64,000 nucleotides of DNA from Mobula hypostoma (GCF_963921235.1 NC_086097.1:77564001-77628000); one strand, 5' to 3'. Shown: positions 1 to 11,722, counted from the first letter of the stretch. Notes: generated by a model not told the origin, from the sequence alone. Made by a program: numbers and translations.

Positions 1-1320
1 GAATGCACGCTGTATATGGAATAAGGCAGATGATCTTGTAGCGCAGTTAGAAGTTGACAGGTAAGACATAGTGGGCATCACTGAGTCGTGGCTGAAAGAT
101 CATAATTGGGAGCTTAACAATACACACATTATATCGAAAGGACAGGCAGGTAGGCTGAGGGGTTAGGTGGCTCTGATGGTAAAAAGTGAATTCAAATTCT
201 TAGAAAGAAGTGACATGGGATTGGAAAATGTAGAATCTTTGTGGGTAGAGTTAAGAAACTGGAAGTTAAATAATCCTATGGCCTCTGAGCAGTAGCCAGG
301 ATATGGGGTACAACTTACAATAGGAAATAGAAAATGCATGCTAAAAGAGCAATGTTGCATTAGTTATTGGGGATTTCAATATAGTGGTAGAATGGGAAAA
401 TTAGATTGGTGCTGGATCCCAAGTGAAGAAACTTGTAGAATGCCTACAAAATGGCTTTTAGAGCATCTTGTGGTTGATCCCAATAGAGAAAAGGCAATTC
501 TGGACTGGGTGTTGTGTATTGAACCAGATTTGATTAGTGAGTTTTAGGTAAAGGAACCCTGAGGACACAGTGATCATAATATGAAAGAATTCACATATTA
601 TATGATATTATGAGAGAGAAGCTAGAATTAGATGTATCAGTTCTCATACAGGATACCATAAAGGTTAATGCAGGTTGAGCGAATGTAAGGAAAGCAAATA
701 CAACGTTCGCTTCATTCAAGAGAACTAAAAGAAAGGATATAATACTAAGGTTTACAATGCAGTGTTCGTACCACCCTTTTGAGTATTTGAGCAGTTTTGA
801 GCCCCTTATCAAAGAGAGGATGTGCTGGCATTGGAGAGGGGCCAGAGGTTGACCTGGAATGAAAGGGTTAACATATAACGCGTGTTTGATAGCTCTGGGC
901 CTGTACTCGCTGGATTTTAGGAGAATGAGAGGGAATCTCATTAAAACCTATTGAACATTGAATGGTCTAGACAGAGTGAACATGGAATGGATATTTTCTA
1001 TAGTGGGGGAGTTTAGACCAGGGAGCTCAGCCCCAGAACAGAAGGACATCCCTTTAGAACAGAGATGGGGAAGAACTTCTTTAGCCAGAGGCTGGTGAAT
1101 TTGTGGAGTTTATTGCCAAAGACTGCTGTGAGGCCAAGACATTGGTTACATTTAAAGTGGATGTTAATAGGTTCTTGATTGGTAAGGATGTCAAAGGTTA
1201 TGGGGTGGGGGAGTCAGGAAAAGTGGGGTTTTGAGAGATAATAAATCAGTCATTATGGAATGGCGGAGCAGACTCAGAGGGCTGAAAAGCCTAATTCTGC
1301 TCCCATGGTCTTACAGTCTT
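1..1320 (+). mobile_element. CR1 LINE remnant: APE endonuclease region (about 1-600) joined directly to the ORF2 3' end and tail (about 650-1320), i.e. internally deleted
   Basis: Start translates as NAR..NKADDLVAQLE...IVGITESWL, a CR1 APE motif. The 3' part resembles the intact CR1 3' end at 44443-45214 (GLYSL.FRR.RG.LI; PFRTE..KNFF.QR.VNLW). Many stops and frameshifts. Confidence 0.85.
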
Positions 1321-2194
1321 ATAGCACAAACCATTGCAATGGGAGCTTATTACGGTGCTATCCTAGGCCCAGTTACCTTGAACCCAAAGCAATCTGTTAG
1401 AAAATCTCAGCGGAACAAACAGCATTTGTGAGAGAAAAGGAATTGTTGACTTTTCGTGTCAAAACCCTGCATCTGGATGGTTCTCCAAATCCTGTCCTCC
1501 ATCTAGAGGGCATAAGTGAGAAGCATGATGAGTATGGCTCCAGCAACATTTAAAAAGCAAATTAAAGCTGTCCAGCAAAAATCATCCTGATTGATTTCTG
1601 GTTTTCTATCTTAAAACACTCACCCTTTCCACCACCATTATACTGAGAATATTCAAAATGCTTTGAAGCAGCTGGTAAAATGGCAGCACCTTCCATTACA
1701 GGCGGATTAAAAAGGGCAGCACTACATGAGGACACCGTTGTTTTCTAGTAGCCCTTCAATTTAAAAACCATACTGCCACAGAAATATCTCACCCATTGGG
1801 TCAAACCCTTGAAATGACTGATTCAACAGCTTGGGATGCATCATCTCATAAAATTGCACACCGCAAACTTCTCAAAGATAGTTGGAATTGAGAAGTAATT
1901 TCAGTTCCTGCCAGTAGTGCTTATGGTCTTTAAATAAATGTCAAAAATAACTGTGTCCCTTTTCATGGAATTGATCTTCACAGAGAAGTATTGTAAACCA
2001 TGACAGCTGTAGTAATTCTAACCACAATTGAAACTTTGTAATAAGTGTCATCTTGATGCATGTAGTGCATTTTGAGCAATTCGTCAAGCATATCATGTCT
2101 CAGGAGCATGTTTTTGTGGTATAAAAGTTGATGATAGTGATGTCTCATATACTATAGCATAGACAATCTGTGTTCTGCACCTTAGTTCGGAGTC

Positions 2195-2403
2195 AGAATT
2201 GTAAGGAGTCTCTGTATGTCCTCCTTGTGGAATGTGTGGGTTTTCTCCGAGTCCTTCAGTTTCCTCCCTCAGTCTGGGTAAGTTAACTGGCATTGTAAAT
2301 TGTCCTGTGATCAGTTTAGGTTTAACTGGGTTTGCCAGTTGCTGGGCGGCATAGTTCAAAGAGTTGGAAGGGCCTACTCCACACTCTATCACTAAATAAA
2401 TAA
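2195..2403 (+). mobile_element. V-SINE/HE1-type SINE fragment
   Basis: Contains gtgggttttctcc...agtttcct and tggcattgtaaattgtcc motifs shared with the SINEs at 45830 and 50520, and ends in a taaataaataa tail. Confidence 0.6.
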
Positions 2404-3273
2404 CTTGGAAGTCTGGCTGCAGCTGCACGTGATGCTCCCCCTTAACTGGATAACTGAGCACAGGAAGATGAAAAATAGAATCAGGTGCAAAACACATGGC
2501 TCCTTAAGTGTGCTAAGCCAATTTATAGAGTCATAATGGGCAGCTTCCAGAGGAATTGTCTGGCAAAGATCCCAGAAATTGCACCTGGATCCATGGATTT
2601 TGCTAGACATTTAGTTCTATCATGGTCTGACTAACCTCTGGTGTTGTATGATGTCTCTTGCATTCTGCAGCTAACTGATCACATGAAGTAACTTTCCCAT
2701 TGGTTGATATATCTCTCTTGTGGTATGTTGCCAAAACTGCTTAGAGTGCTCAAAAGTTTGCACCCAATGAGAACTTGGTGTTGCAATAGCGACTTAACCT
2801 CTCACACTTTAGTCCTCCAGATTTAAGGACTGACATTCTGTTAAAACTTGATTGTTTTCTGTGCTTCTATGTCATTTTAATGTTCCTGGATCCACTCTTT
2901 ATGGACCTCCAGTGCTTCTAACATGTTGCTCTGAAGAACATACCCTTCCATCCAGGTTTGAAATGGATGACTCTAACCAAACTAGCACAGAAATCCATTT
3001 TACATCACATTAATCTATATCATATTTTTGTTATGTAGTGATCTCTTCTACACTGCTTACACTATTACCAATATTTATGTCATTGGTGAAATTTGATATG
3101 TGACTTCCAGCCCCTTCATCCAAAAGGAATGTATAAAATGTGAACACTTGTGATGCAAATACAAATTCTTGCAGGGCAGCATGTGTTACATCCTGCCAAT
3201 TGGGTACCTTCCTATAACCATCAAAGTTGCTGGTGAATGCAGCAGGCCAGGCAGCATCTGTAGGAAGAGGTGC

Positions 3274-3309
3274 AGTCGACGTTTCAGGCTGAGACCCTTC
3301 GTCAGGACT
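3274..3309 (-). ncRNA. Minimal type I hammerhead ribozyme motif in Penelope terminus
   Basis: Reverse complement reads agtc-CTGACGA-agg gtctcag cct-GAAA-CGTC-gact: intact core boxes, stem I agtc/gact, stem II agg/cct, GUC cleavage triplet. Confidence 0.8.
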
Positions 3310-3605
3310 AACTGAAGGAAGAGTGAGTAAAGGATTTGAAAGTTGGAGGGGGAGGGGGAGATCCAAAATGATAGGAGAAGACAGGAGGGGGAGGGATCGA
3401 GCCAAGAGCTGGACAAGTGATAGGCAAAAGGGGATATGAGAGGATCATGGGACAGGAGGTCCGGGAAGAAAGACAAGGAGGGGGGGTGACCCAGAGGATG
3501 GGCAAGAGGTATATTCAGAGGGACAGAGGAAGAAAAAGGAGAGTGAGAGAAAGAATGTGTGCATAAAAATAAGTAACAGGTGGGGTACGAGGGGGAGGTG
3601 GTGCC

Positions 3606-4237
3606 TTAGCGGAAGTTAGAGAAGTCAGTGTTCATACCATCAGGTTGGAGGCTACCCAGATGGAATATAAGGTGTTGTTCCTCCAACCTGAGTGTGGCTT
3701 CATCTTTACAGTAGAGGAGGCCGTAGATAGACATGTCAGAATGGGAATGGGATGTGGAATTAAAATGTGTGGCCACTGGGAGATCCTGCTTTCTCTGGCG
3801 GACAGAGCGTAGATGTTCAGCAAAGCGGTCTCCCAGTCTGCGTCGGGTCTCGCCAATATATAAAAGGCCACATCGGGAGCACCGGACGCAGTTAGTCGAC
3901 TCACAGGTGAAGTGTTGCCTCACCTGGAAGGACTGTTTGGGGCCCTGAATGGTGGTAAGGGAGGAAGTGTAAGGGCATGTGTAGCACTTGTTCCGCTTAC
4001 ACGGATAAGTGCCAGGAGGGAGATCAGTGGGGAGGGATGGGGGGGACGAATGGACAAGGGAGTTGCGTAGGGAGCGATTCCTGCGGAATGCAGAGAGAGG
4101 TGGGGAGGGAAAGATGTGCTTAGTGGTGGGATCCCGTTGGAGGTGGCGGAAGTTACGGAGAATAATATGTTGGACCCGGAGGCTGGTGGGGTGGTAGGTG
4201 AGGACCAGGGGAACCCTATTCCTAGTGGGGTGGCGGG
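3606..4237 (-). pseudogene. Penelope GIY-YIG endonuclease C-terminal fragment (left arm)
   Basis: RVPLVLTYHP...YPCKRNKCYTC...FTCES..CVRCSRCGLLYIGETRRRLGDRFAEH...HFNSTSH...EEQHLI...LQPDGMN. Confidence 0.9.
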
Positions 4238-4337
4238 TTGTTTGGGGCCCTGAACGGTGGTAAGGGAGGAAGTGTAAGGGCATGTGTAGCACTTGTTCCG
4301 CTTACTCGGATAAGTGCCAGGAGGGAGATCAGTGGGG

Positions 4338-4675
4338 AGTCCTTCCAGGTGAGGCAACACTTCACCTGTGAGTCGACTGGGGTGATAAACTGCGTCCGGT
4401 GCTCCCGATGTGGCCTTTTATATATTGGCGAGACCCGACGCAGACTGGGAGACCACTTTGCTGAACATCTACACTCTGTCCGCCAGAGAAAGCAGGATCT
4501 CCCAGTGGCCACACATTTTAATTCCACATCCCATTCCCATTCTGACATGTCTATCCACGGCCTCCTCTACTGTAAAGATAAAGCCACACTCAGGTTGGAG
4601 GAACAACACCTTATATTCCGTCTGGGTAGCCTCCAACCTGATGGTATGAACATCGACTTCTCTAACTTCCGCTAA
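4338..4675 (+). pseudogene. Penelope GIY-YIG endonuclease C-terminal fragment (right arm)
   Basis: SFQVRQHFTCESTGVINCVRCSRCGLLYIGETRRRLGDHFAEH...LQPDGMNIDFSNFR*. Confidence 0.9.
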
Positions 4676-4975
4676 GGCCCCACCTCCCCCTCGTACCCCA
4701 TCTGTTACTTATTTTTATGCACACATTCTTTCTCTCACTCTCCTTTTTCTCCCTCTGTCCCTCTGAATATACCTCTTGCCCATCCTCTGGGTGTCCCCCC
4801 CCCCCACCCCGTCTTTCTTCCCGGACCTCCTGTCCCATGATCCTCTCGTATCCCCTTTTGCCTATCACCTGTCCAGCTCTTGGCTCTATCCCTCCCCCTC
4901 CTGTCTTCTCCTATCATTTTGGATCTCCCCCTCCCCCTCCAACTTTCAAATCCCTTACTCACTCTTCCTTCAGTT

Positions 4976-5011
4976 AGTCCTGACGAAGGGTCTCAGCCTG
5001 AAACGTCGACT
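4976..5011 (+). ncRNA. Minimal type I hammerhead ribozyme motif in Penelope terminus
   Basis: agtc (4976-79), CTGACGA (4980-86), agg..cct, GAAA (5000-03), C, GTC (5005-07), gact (5008-11). Predicted cleavage after 5007. Confidence 0.8.
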
Positions 5012-5240
5012 GCACCTCTTCCTACAGATGCTGCCTGGCCTGCTGCGTTCACCAGCAACTTTGATGTGTGTTGCTTGAATTTCTAGCATCTGCAGAATTC
5101 CTGTTTACCTTCCTATAACCCCTCTCTTTGCCTCTTGACCCAGGAAAATAACTTCCCTTCAACTCCATGGGCTTCAACTTTAGCTACAAGTGTTTCTGAG
5201 GGACTATCAAATGCTAACTGCAGGACAACATAAATGGCGT

Positions 5241-5886
5241 TCAGAATCAGAATCAGGTTTAATATCACAGGCATATTTCATGAAATTTGTTGTCTTTGTG
5301 GCAGCAGTACATTGCAATGCATTTTAACTGATAAAGAAGTGTAAATCACTGTAAGTATATATACATCTGGGGGTCCTTGATAATGGATGTTGCCTTTTTG
5401 AGGCATCGCTCCTTGTAGATGTCCTGGATACTATAGAGGCTAGTACCCATGATGGAGCTGACTAAGGTTTTGACTCTCTGCAGCTTATTTCGATCCTGTG
5501 CAGTAGCGCACACTCCCATACCAGACAGTGATACAGCCAGTTAGAATGCTCTCCATGGTACACCTGTAGAAATTGTGGGTGTCTTTGGCAATATAATAAA
5601 TCGCCTCGAATTCCTAATCTAGCCACTGTCATGCCTTCTTTGTAGCTGCATTGATACGCTGGGCCCAGAATACTCAGTGATGTTGACACCCAGAAAGTTG
5701 ACATTTCTCACTCTTTCCATTTCTGATCCCTCTATGAGGACTGCTGTGTGTTCCCTCATCTTACCCTTTTTGAAGTCCACAATCAGTTCTTTGATCTTAC
5801 TGACGTTGAGGGTAAGGTTGTTGCTGCGACACCACTCAACTAGCTGATATATCCCGCTCCTGTATGCCTTTTTATCACCATCTGTA
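5241..5886 (-). mobile_element. Rex1/Babar-type LINE 3' fragment, split by the Gypsy provirus (continues at 15403-15445)
   Basis: (TCAGAA)n tail at 5241-5255. Translation QLVEWCRSNNLTLNVSKIKELIVDF..KMREHT is collinear with the copy at 58445-59692. Confidence 0.85.
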
Positions 5887-6453
5887 TGTAACATGCTGTA
5901 GGGTTTCACTGCTGTGTAACATGCTGTAAGGATTCACTGATAATGTAATGGTTTCTCTGCAGCAGCAATGTCTGGGTTACGACTAGAGATAACGTGGGTT
6001 TGGAATGCTGTTGTTCTTTCTTGTGAGCTGGAAGAGAGATTTTCGTGGTCATTTGCCATGGAGAGATGAGGAGAGAAGATGCGAATGGAGAGAGTTGGTA
6101 GACCACTAGACAGGGTGGACTTGGAGCAAGGGTCCGAAGGGCAGCGACATTCTGAAGAGGTCGATGGTGGACAATTAACTTATCAGTAGGCTCCAACATT
6201 GTGCAACAGACTGTTTAATAATATTGGGTCCTTTATTTCTTTTTTTCTGTTTCTTTACTAACCATATAGTCAAAGTAAGAGTTATAAAGCTTAACCATTT
6301 AATTGCATATTGTGTACTGTTTGTTATTTCAGGGTACTGATTTGTAACAGAGGACACATCGCACAGCATCCACTCAAACTAGGTTTCTTCAGTTTGGCCG
6401 GGACGGGAGCTATCACCCCCTATATTAAGCCACTAGCTGAAGCGAAAGCTACA
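5887..6453 (+). repeat. Gypsy 5' LTR (567 bp)
   Basis: Starts TGTAAC, ends GCTACA; direct repeat of 14839-15402. Confidence 0.95.
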
Positions 6454-6457
6454 ATTG

Positions 6458-6475
6458 TGGGGGCTCGTCCAGGAT
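6458..6475 (+). promoter_or_regulatory. Primer binding site, tRNA-Pro
   Basis: tgggggctcgtccaggat is a 17/18 match to the canonical Pro PBS TGGGGGCTCGTCCGGGAT, 4 nt after the LTR. Confidence 0.9.
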
Positions 6476-6606
6476 TGATTCCGTTGGATGCTGTGTGATT
6501 ACCCTGAGCAATGAACCAGTGGGGCAGATATTTGTACTCTGGATGAATTGTTAATTCACCTGTTAAGTGCCGTTGAAGTTGTGATTGTGGGCGGAAGTTT
6601 GATAAA

Positions 6607-7684
6607 ATGGCTCGCGCAGCTCTCGTTCTAATGCAGGCCGGTGCTGAGGTAGTGGTAGCTGGGGGTGGAGATTTCAAAGACAGGGTTCTCTCATTTCTGA
6701 GGAGTGAGGGGAAAGAGTGGTTAGATTTGGAATGTCTAATTAGTCCACGTCCCCTGGTGAAGAGTGAGAATTCTGAGTTAGTATCCGCCTTTACTTCTCT
6801 GGTGAATAAATGGAAAAATCAGATTCAAAGTCCCAGCTATGGCAGGCTCTGCCTATTCTCTGGAATAACACCCACCCCTAAAGGGGAGGAGGAGTATGAG
6901 ACTTGGGTGGAGCGGACCTCCCAGTTGTTAGATGAGTGACAGTGCTCTGATGATGAAAAGTGACAGAGATTGATTGAAGGTTTGAATGGGCGGGCCGCTG
7001 ACGTTGTGAGAGCCGTCAGGCTGCGGTATCCCCTAGCAACCGTGAGTGATTACCTGGAAGCACTGGAAAGCTCTTTTAGCACAACAGGAATCCCAATGGA
7101 GCTCCTGGTGGGGTTTCAGAACATGTGTCAGGAGAAGGGGGGGAAACTTTCTGCTTTTATTTTTCTGCTAGAGAGGCGGCTAAATTGCTTGTGGCACAGA
7201 GGGGTCATTCAGGCGGCTGAGGTGGATCAGTTAAGAATGGACCAGATAGCCAGGGGCGCCCAGTCCCAGGACCTGATTGCTTGGGGTCTCCGACAGTCTC
7301 GTAAGATGTGCCCCCCTCCATCTTTTGTTGAGCTGATCAGAGAGGTACGGGAAGAGGAGAACCACATCGGAGGCGCAAGAGGACTCAGTCAGCAGGGTAC
7401 AGTCCTCGGGAGCAGTCCCCGGCGGTGAAGTGACCACAGATAGCCTACCCCAGGGAGTGGTAGAGGAGGTTGTGGCAGAGTTGAGAATGGAGGTATGTCA
7501 GCTGTTATCAGCAGGTGTGACCCCCCCCAATATGATGGAGCTGATGGGGGGGTGTGGGCGCATACCCCAAGGGGACGGACAATGCGGAGGGCTGCTGGCA
7601 GCAGGTGTCACGTCAGAAAGAGAGCGAGCCCCTGGGTACCTCAGCAAGGAGAGTCGCTGGGAAAACCTAGAGGAGACCCAGTGA
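6607..7684 (+). pseudogene. gag: Gypsy gag, PNMA/Ma-antigen-like capsid domain, disrupted
   Basis: YGRLCLFSGITPTPKGEEEYETWVE..QLLDE*QCSDDEK..RLIEGLNGRAADVV...VSDYLEALESSF...QEKGGKLSAF...PPPSFVELIREVREEE. Boundaries approximate. Confidence 0.85.
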
Positions 7685-9193
7685 GGGAACGGTCTGGTGT
7701 CTCTGTGTTCCCGACAATTACCAAGGAACCCCCGAAAGCAAAAAGGCCCTATTCCTGAAGGCTTAGTGGGTCCACGCTCCAGTGTGTCGCTATGAATAGA
7801 AGGCATTTATGCTAAAGTCATGTTCGACACCGGGTCGCAGGTCACGTTGTTGTACCGTTCGTTTTACAACCAGTATCTGATGCATTTACCACTGACACCA
7901 TTCAGGGCATTGGAGATCTGGGGGCTTAGTGCTAGTGATTATCCATATGACAGTTATTTGTCAGTGAAGTTGGAGTTCTCGGAGACCGATGTGGGAGTGT
8001 CTGAGGTCTTTGATACAGTGATGCTGGTTTGTCCGGACCCTGTTGAGGAGGGGCGGCATTTCAATTCTGGTGGGGACCAACACCCCTCTCGTGAGGAGGC
8101 TCATGGGGGCCTTGCAAGGAGAAGGCTGGTGAGAGCTTTCTGGGAACATTGTCCGTGCACCCGGGGATTTGAGCTGCTTTTGAGGAAGCACGTGGCAGCA
8201 TTGGGCTGGATACTGAATTTAGACGAGGGACTGTGTGGTTCACCCAGTCGAAGCCAATGGTGATACGGCCCGGGGAAGTAGCGAGAGTGATGGGGACCCC
8301 CAAATTTCCCGGAGTGCCTGAGGACAAAGTCCTCTTAGTGGACACTCTGGAAAACCACGAGGGGGAGTCGGGATTTCCTGCTGGGGTACTGGTGAGGCCA
8401 GAATTGCAGAAGCCCTCGGTTGTACAGGAACACAGGATGGCAGTGATTGTCAGGAACACTACGAAGAGGGAGGTCACCTTCAAGCGGGGGATGCCCCGGC
8501 GCATTTGTTCCCGGTGATGGTAATGTCTAGTGCCCCTGTGAAACACGTCGTGGAGAAGCAATTGGAAAAGGGGGGAGAGTTGACCGCTGAGTCATTCAAC
8601 TTCGGAGACTCCCCGGTTCCTGCGGGTTGAAAGAGGAGGTTGGTAGAGAGGATGTTGAAGCTGGAAGGTGTCTTTTCCACTGACGAGTTTGATGTGGGTT
8701 GTTCCAAAAGCACGCGTCACACTATCTGGGTGACTGAGGACACCTCGTTCTGAGAAAGGTCCTGGTGGCTGGCCCCTGCAGAGGTGGAGGATGTTCGGCA
8801 GCATTTGTGAAGGAAGCTGGGATCATTACCGAATCCGGAAGCCCCTATGTGTCCCCAGTAGTAGTGGCCCAAAAGAAGAATGGGAAGGTACAGATGTGTG
8901 TGGACTATAGGACTCTGAACAGGCACACCATCCCTCCCCAACCAGTGTACTATCCCGAGGATTGAAGATGCGCTGGCCTGCCTGGATGATGTGAAGTGGT
9001 TCAGTGTGCTGGACTTGAGCAGTGGCTACTAACAGATCCCTATGAGTGAGGCCGACAAAGAGAAAATGGCTTTTATATATCCCCTGGGATCTTTCCAGTA
9101 TGCCCCAGGGCATATCGGGAGCCCCTGCAACCTTCCAGCAGGTCATGGAGAAGACGGTGGGGGATATGAATTTGCTTGAGGTGTTGGTGTATC

Positions 9194-10036
9194 TGTCATA
9201 AGGCGGTGGTGGCTGGGACGGACCCAAGTGCAAGACACAGACACTGAAGTACTAGGGGCAGGACTAGGATTCAGACTGATGGCAAGGACATGGACAGGAA
9301 AACCAGGAACCTGGAGCAGGACTGGACAAGAGAGCTAGGAGACCAGGTTTGGACTCCAAGCCAGAGACTGGACAAGGACCCAGTACCTGGGTCTTGCCTC
9401 TAGCTTGGACCCCAGAACCAGGCAAGGATGAGGCTTGGCAGGCAGGCAGGACGAGGCTGAAGTCTTCAGGCTTGAGGCTAGAGGTGAGGCTTGTCAGGAG
9501 GCACGAGGCTGGAGTCTTCAGGCTTGGGGTTAGGCAGGCTTCTCCGGGGCAGGGTGCAGTTCACAACCCGACGGAGGCATGGGACAGGAAGGGACAGAAC
9601 CAACTGCAGGTGACGGCAAGACGGCCTGGCTTACCCAACAGAGGCAAGGGACAGGAAGGGAGCTAGGTACAGGATGGCTCCAGCACAAGACTGCAGGCGA
9701 GACGAGGCGAGAGTTACCAGCAAGACAGGCAAGGCTTCTGGCAAAACAAGGCGAGACGAGAACTTCAGGTGAAGCGAGAGTTACCGGCAAGACAAGGCAG
9801 GGCTTCAGGCGAGGAAACAGAAAGCAGAGGAAGAGATACAAGGAGTAAGGACAAGAACAATCCAGCAGCCATGCCCTGGTCTCTGAAGGTATTTATGCAG
9901 CCAGTCCCAACTAGCATCAGCTGACTCAATTAGAACTCAGCAAGAACAGAAATAGGGTAGACAGGAAAACCTGGAGCAAGGGTCATTGTACCAGACCATG
10001 AACTGGAATACAGACTTCACGGACCGGACCATGACA
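9194..10036 (-). mobile_element. Solo LTR (843 bp) of an unrelated LTR element, inserted in the RT catalytic motif
   Basis: TGTCAT...ATGACA inverted termini with perfect 5-bp TSD GTATC (9189-93, 10037-41). Removing it restores gtg tat ctg gat ggc (VYLDG). Strand inferred from a TATA-like cataaata on the minus strand. Confidence 0.9.
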
Positions 10037-10191
10037 GTATCTGGATGGCCTCATAGTATTTGGATCCACCTTGGAAGAACATGAAGTGAGGCTGCTGAAG
10101 GCGCTCAGCCGCCTGAAAGCTGAAGGATTTAAACTTTCCCTGGTCAAGTGTCAGTTCTGCCAAACGCCTGTTAGCTATGTTGAGCATGTAC

Positions 10192-11722
10192 CAGGTGTCC
10201 CCCGCTTTTCGAACGTTCGCTTTACGAAACCTCACTGTTTCGAAAGACCTACATTAGTACCCTGTTTTTGCTTTCAGAAGGTGTTTTCACTGTTACAAAA
10301 AAAAATTCTGCGCGCGATAAAAGGCAGCGCGCCCCGAGCAGCCGCTCTCCCCTGGATTGGGAACTGCTTTGCTTTAACACGTGCCTGTGAGCAGCCGTTT
10401 GCAAGATGAGTTCTATGGTATCGGAAAAGCCTGAAAGAGCTCATAAGGGTGTTACACTTACGGTAAAACTAGACATAATTAAGCGTTTTGATCATGGTGA
10501 ACGAAGTAAGGACAACATGAGTTTGGCTTGTGGAAGCTGATGAACATGATGTTGAAGAGGTTTTGGCATCCACCAAGAACTGACAGATGAAGAGCTGATG
10601 CAATTGGAAGAAGAAAAGGATAACAATTGAAACCGAATAAGTAATGATAAAGTACAACTTTAATTTTGAAGGGGTACGTCGGTTTAGGAGATATTTGCAG
10701 GATGGTTTGAGTCCTTATTAAAGAACTGTGTGATAGAAAAATGCGCGAGGCTCAGCAGTCAAGCAAGCCTTCCACATCAGCCACAGCAGACAACGAACCT
10801 CGACCTTCGACATCGAGGCGGGCAGAGATAGAAGAAGATGAGCTGCCTGCTCTAACGGAAATAGGCGACGAAATGACACCCCAGTGTCCCACCACCCCAA
10901 CCCCCAGGCCACGGACAGATACCGATTCACGGAGAATGCAAAGGTAGCCAGGAGGCACACAGCACATCTTTAAGGAAAAAGCCGAAATAAACATGCTAAT
11001 TAATTAGGTGCCGCCGACACCTAATTGTTGGCCCAGATCAGAGACGATGCAATCGGAAATCGGCACTGATCTGGGCCGACAATTATGGGTGGCACCTAAT
11101 TAATTAGCATGTTTGTTTCAGCTTTTTTCTTAAAGATGTACTGTGTACCTCCCGGCTACCGCTGGACCCCTGCATTCTTCGCGGCAATGTATTGCTCAGT
11201 GGCCTGGAGGGTGGGGGCCACTGCACCACTCAAACTCCGACAAGTCTAACACACCATCATCAGTGTGCTCTGCGCTGTCTTCCCGATTCCCGTAAGTGAT
11301 ACTACACTGTACATACATTATTTCTACTTTATATAGGCTGTGTATTTTTACGTGTTATTTGGTATGATTTGGCAGCTTCATAGCTTAAAGGTTACTGGAG
11401 AGAGTGTTCTTGCCAACAGCGCTTGTGTGAGATTTTTTGCTGATGGCGCTTGCGTGAGATTTTCGCTATGGAGAACAGTTCAGTAATGATTGTGGAAAAG
11501 TATTTCTACTTTATATAGGCTGTATATTTATCATATCATTCCTGCTTTTACTATATGTTACTGTTATTTTAGGTTTTATGTGTTATTTGGCATGATTTGG
11601 TAGGTTATTTTTGGGTCTGCAAACGCTCACAAAATTTTCCCATATAAATAAATGGTAATTGCTTCTTTGCTTTACGACATTTCGGCTTACGAAGTGTTTC
11701 ATAGGAACGCTCTACCTTCGTA
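10192..11722 (+). mobile_element. Tigger/pogo-like non-autonomous DNA transposon with right end lost
   Basis: Left end CAGGTGTCCCCCGCTTTTCGAACG next to TA. Remnant CENP-B-type HTH (KGVTLTVKLDIIKRFDHGERSK) and Tigger-like C-terminal remnant (D.EEVLAS...LTDEELMQLEE). Gypsy RT stops before it and resumes at LRSFLGFCGYY. Confidence 0.8.

Larger units (their letters stand above)
3220..5105. mobile_element. Penelope-like element, fold-back (inverted) insertion with 15-bp TSD
   Basis: TSD taccttcctataacc at 3205-3219 and 5106-5120. Arms 3220-3934 and 4338-5065 are reverse complements. Both arms encode the GIY-YIG C-terminus. Confidence 0.93.

Noticed and set aside
9349..9848. ORFs of 89-105 aa inside the 843-bp insert
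   Set aside because: They arise from low-complexity internal repeats of a solo LTR and show no protein motif.
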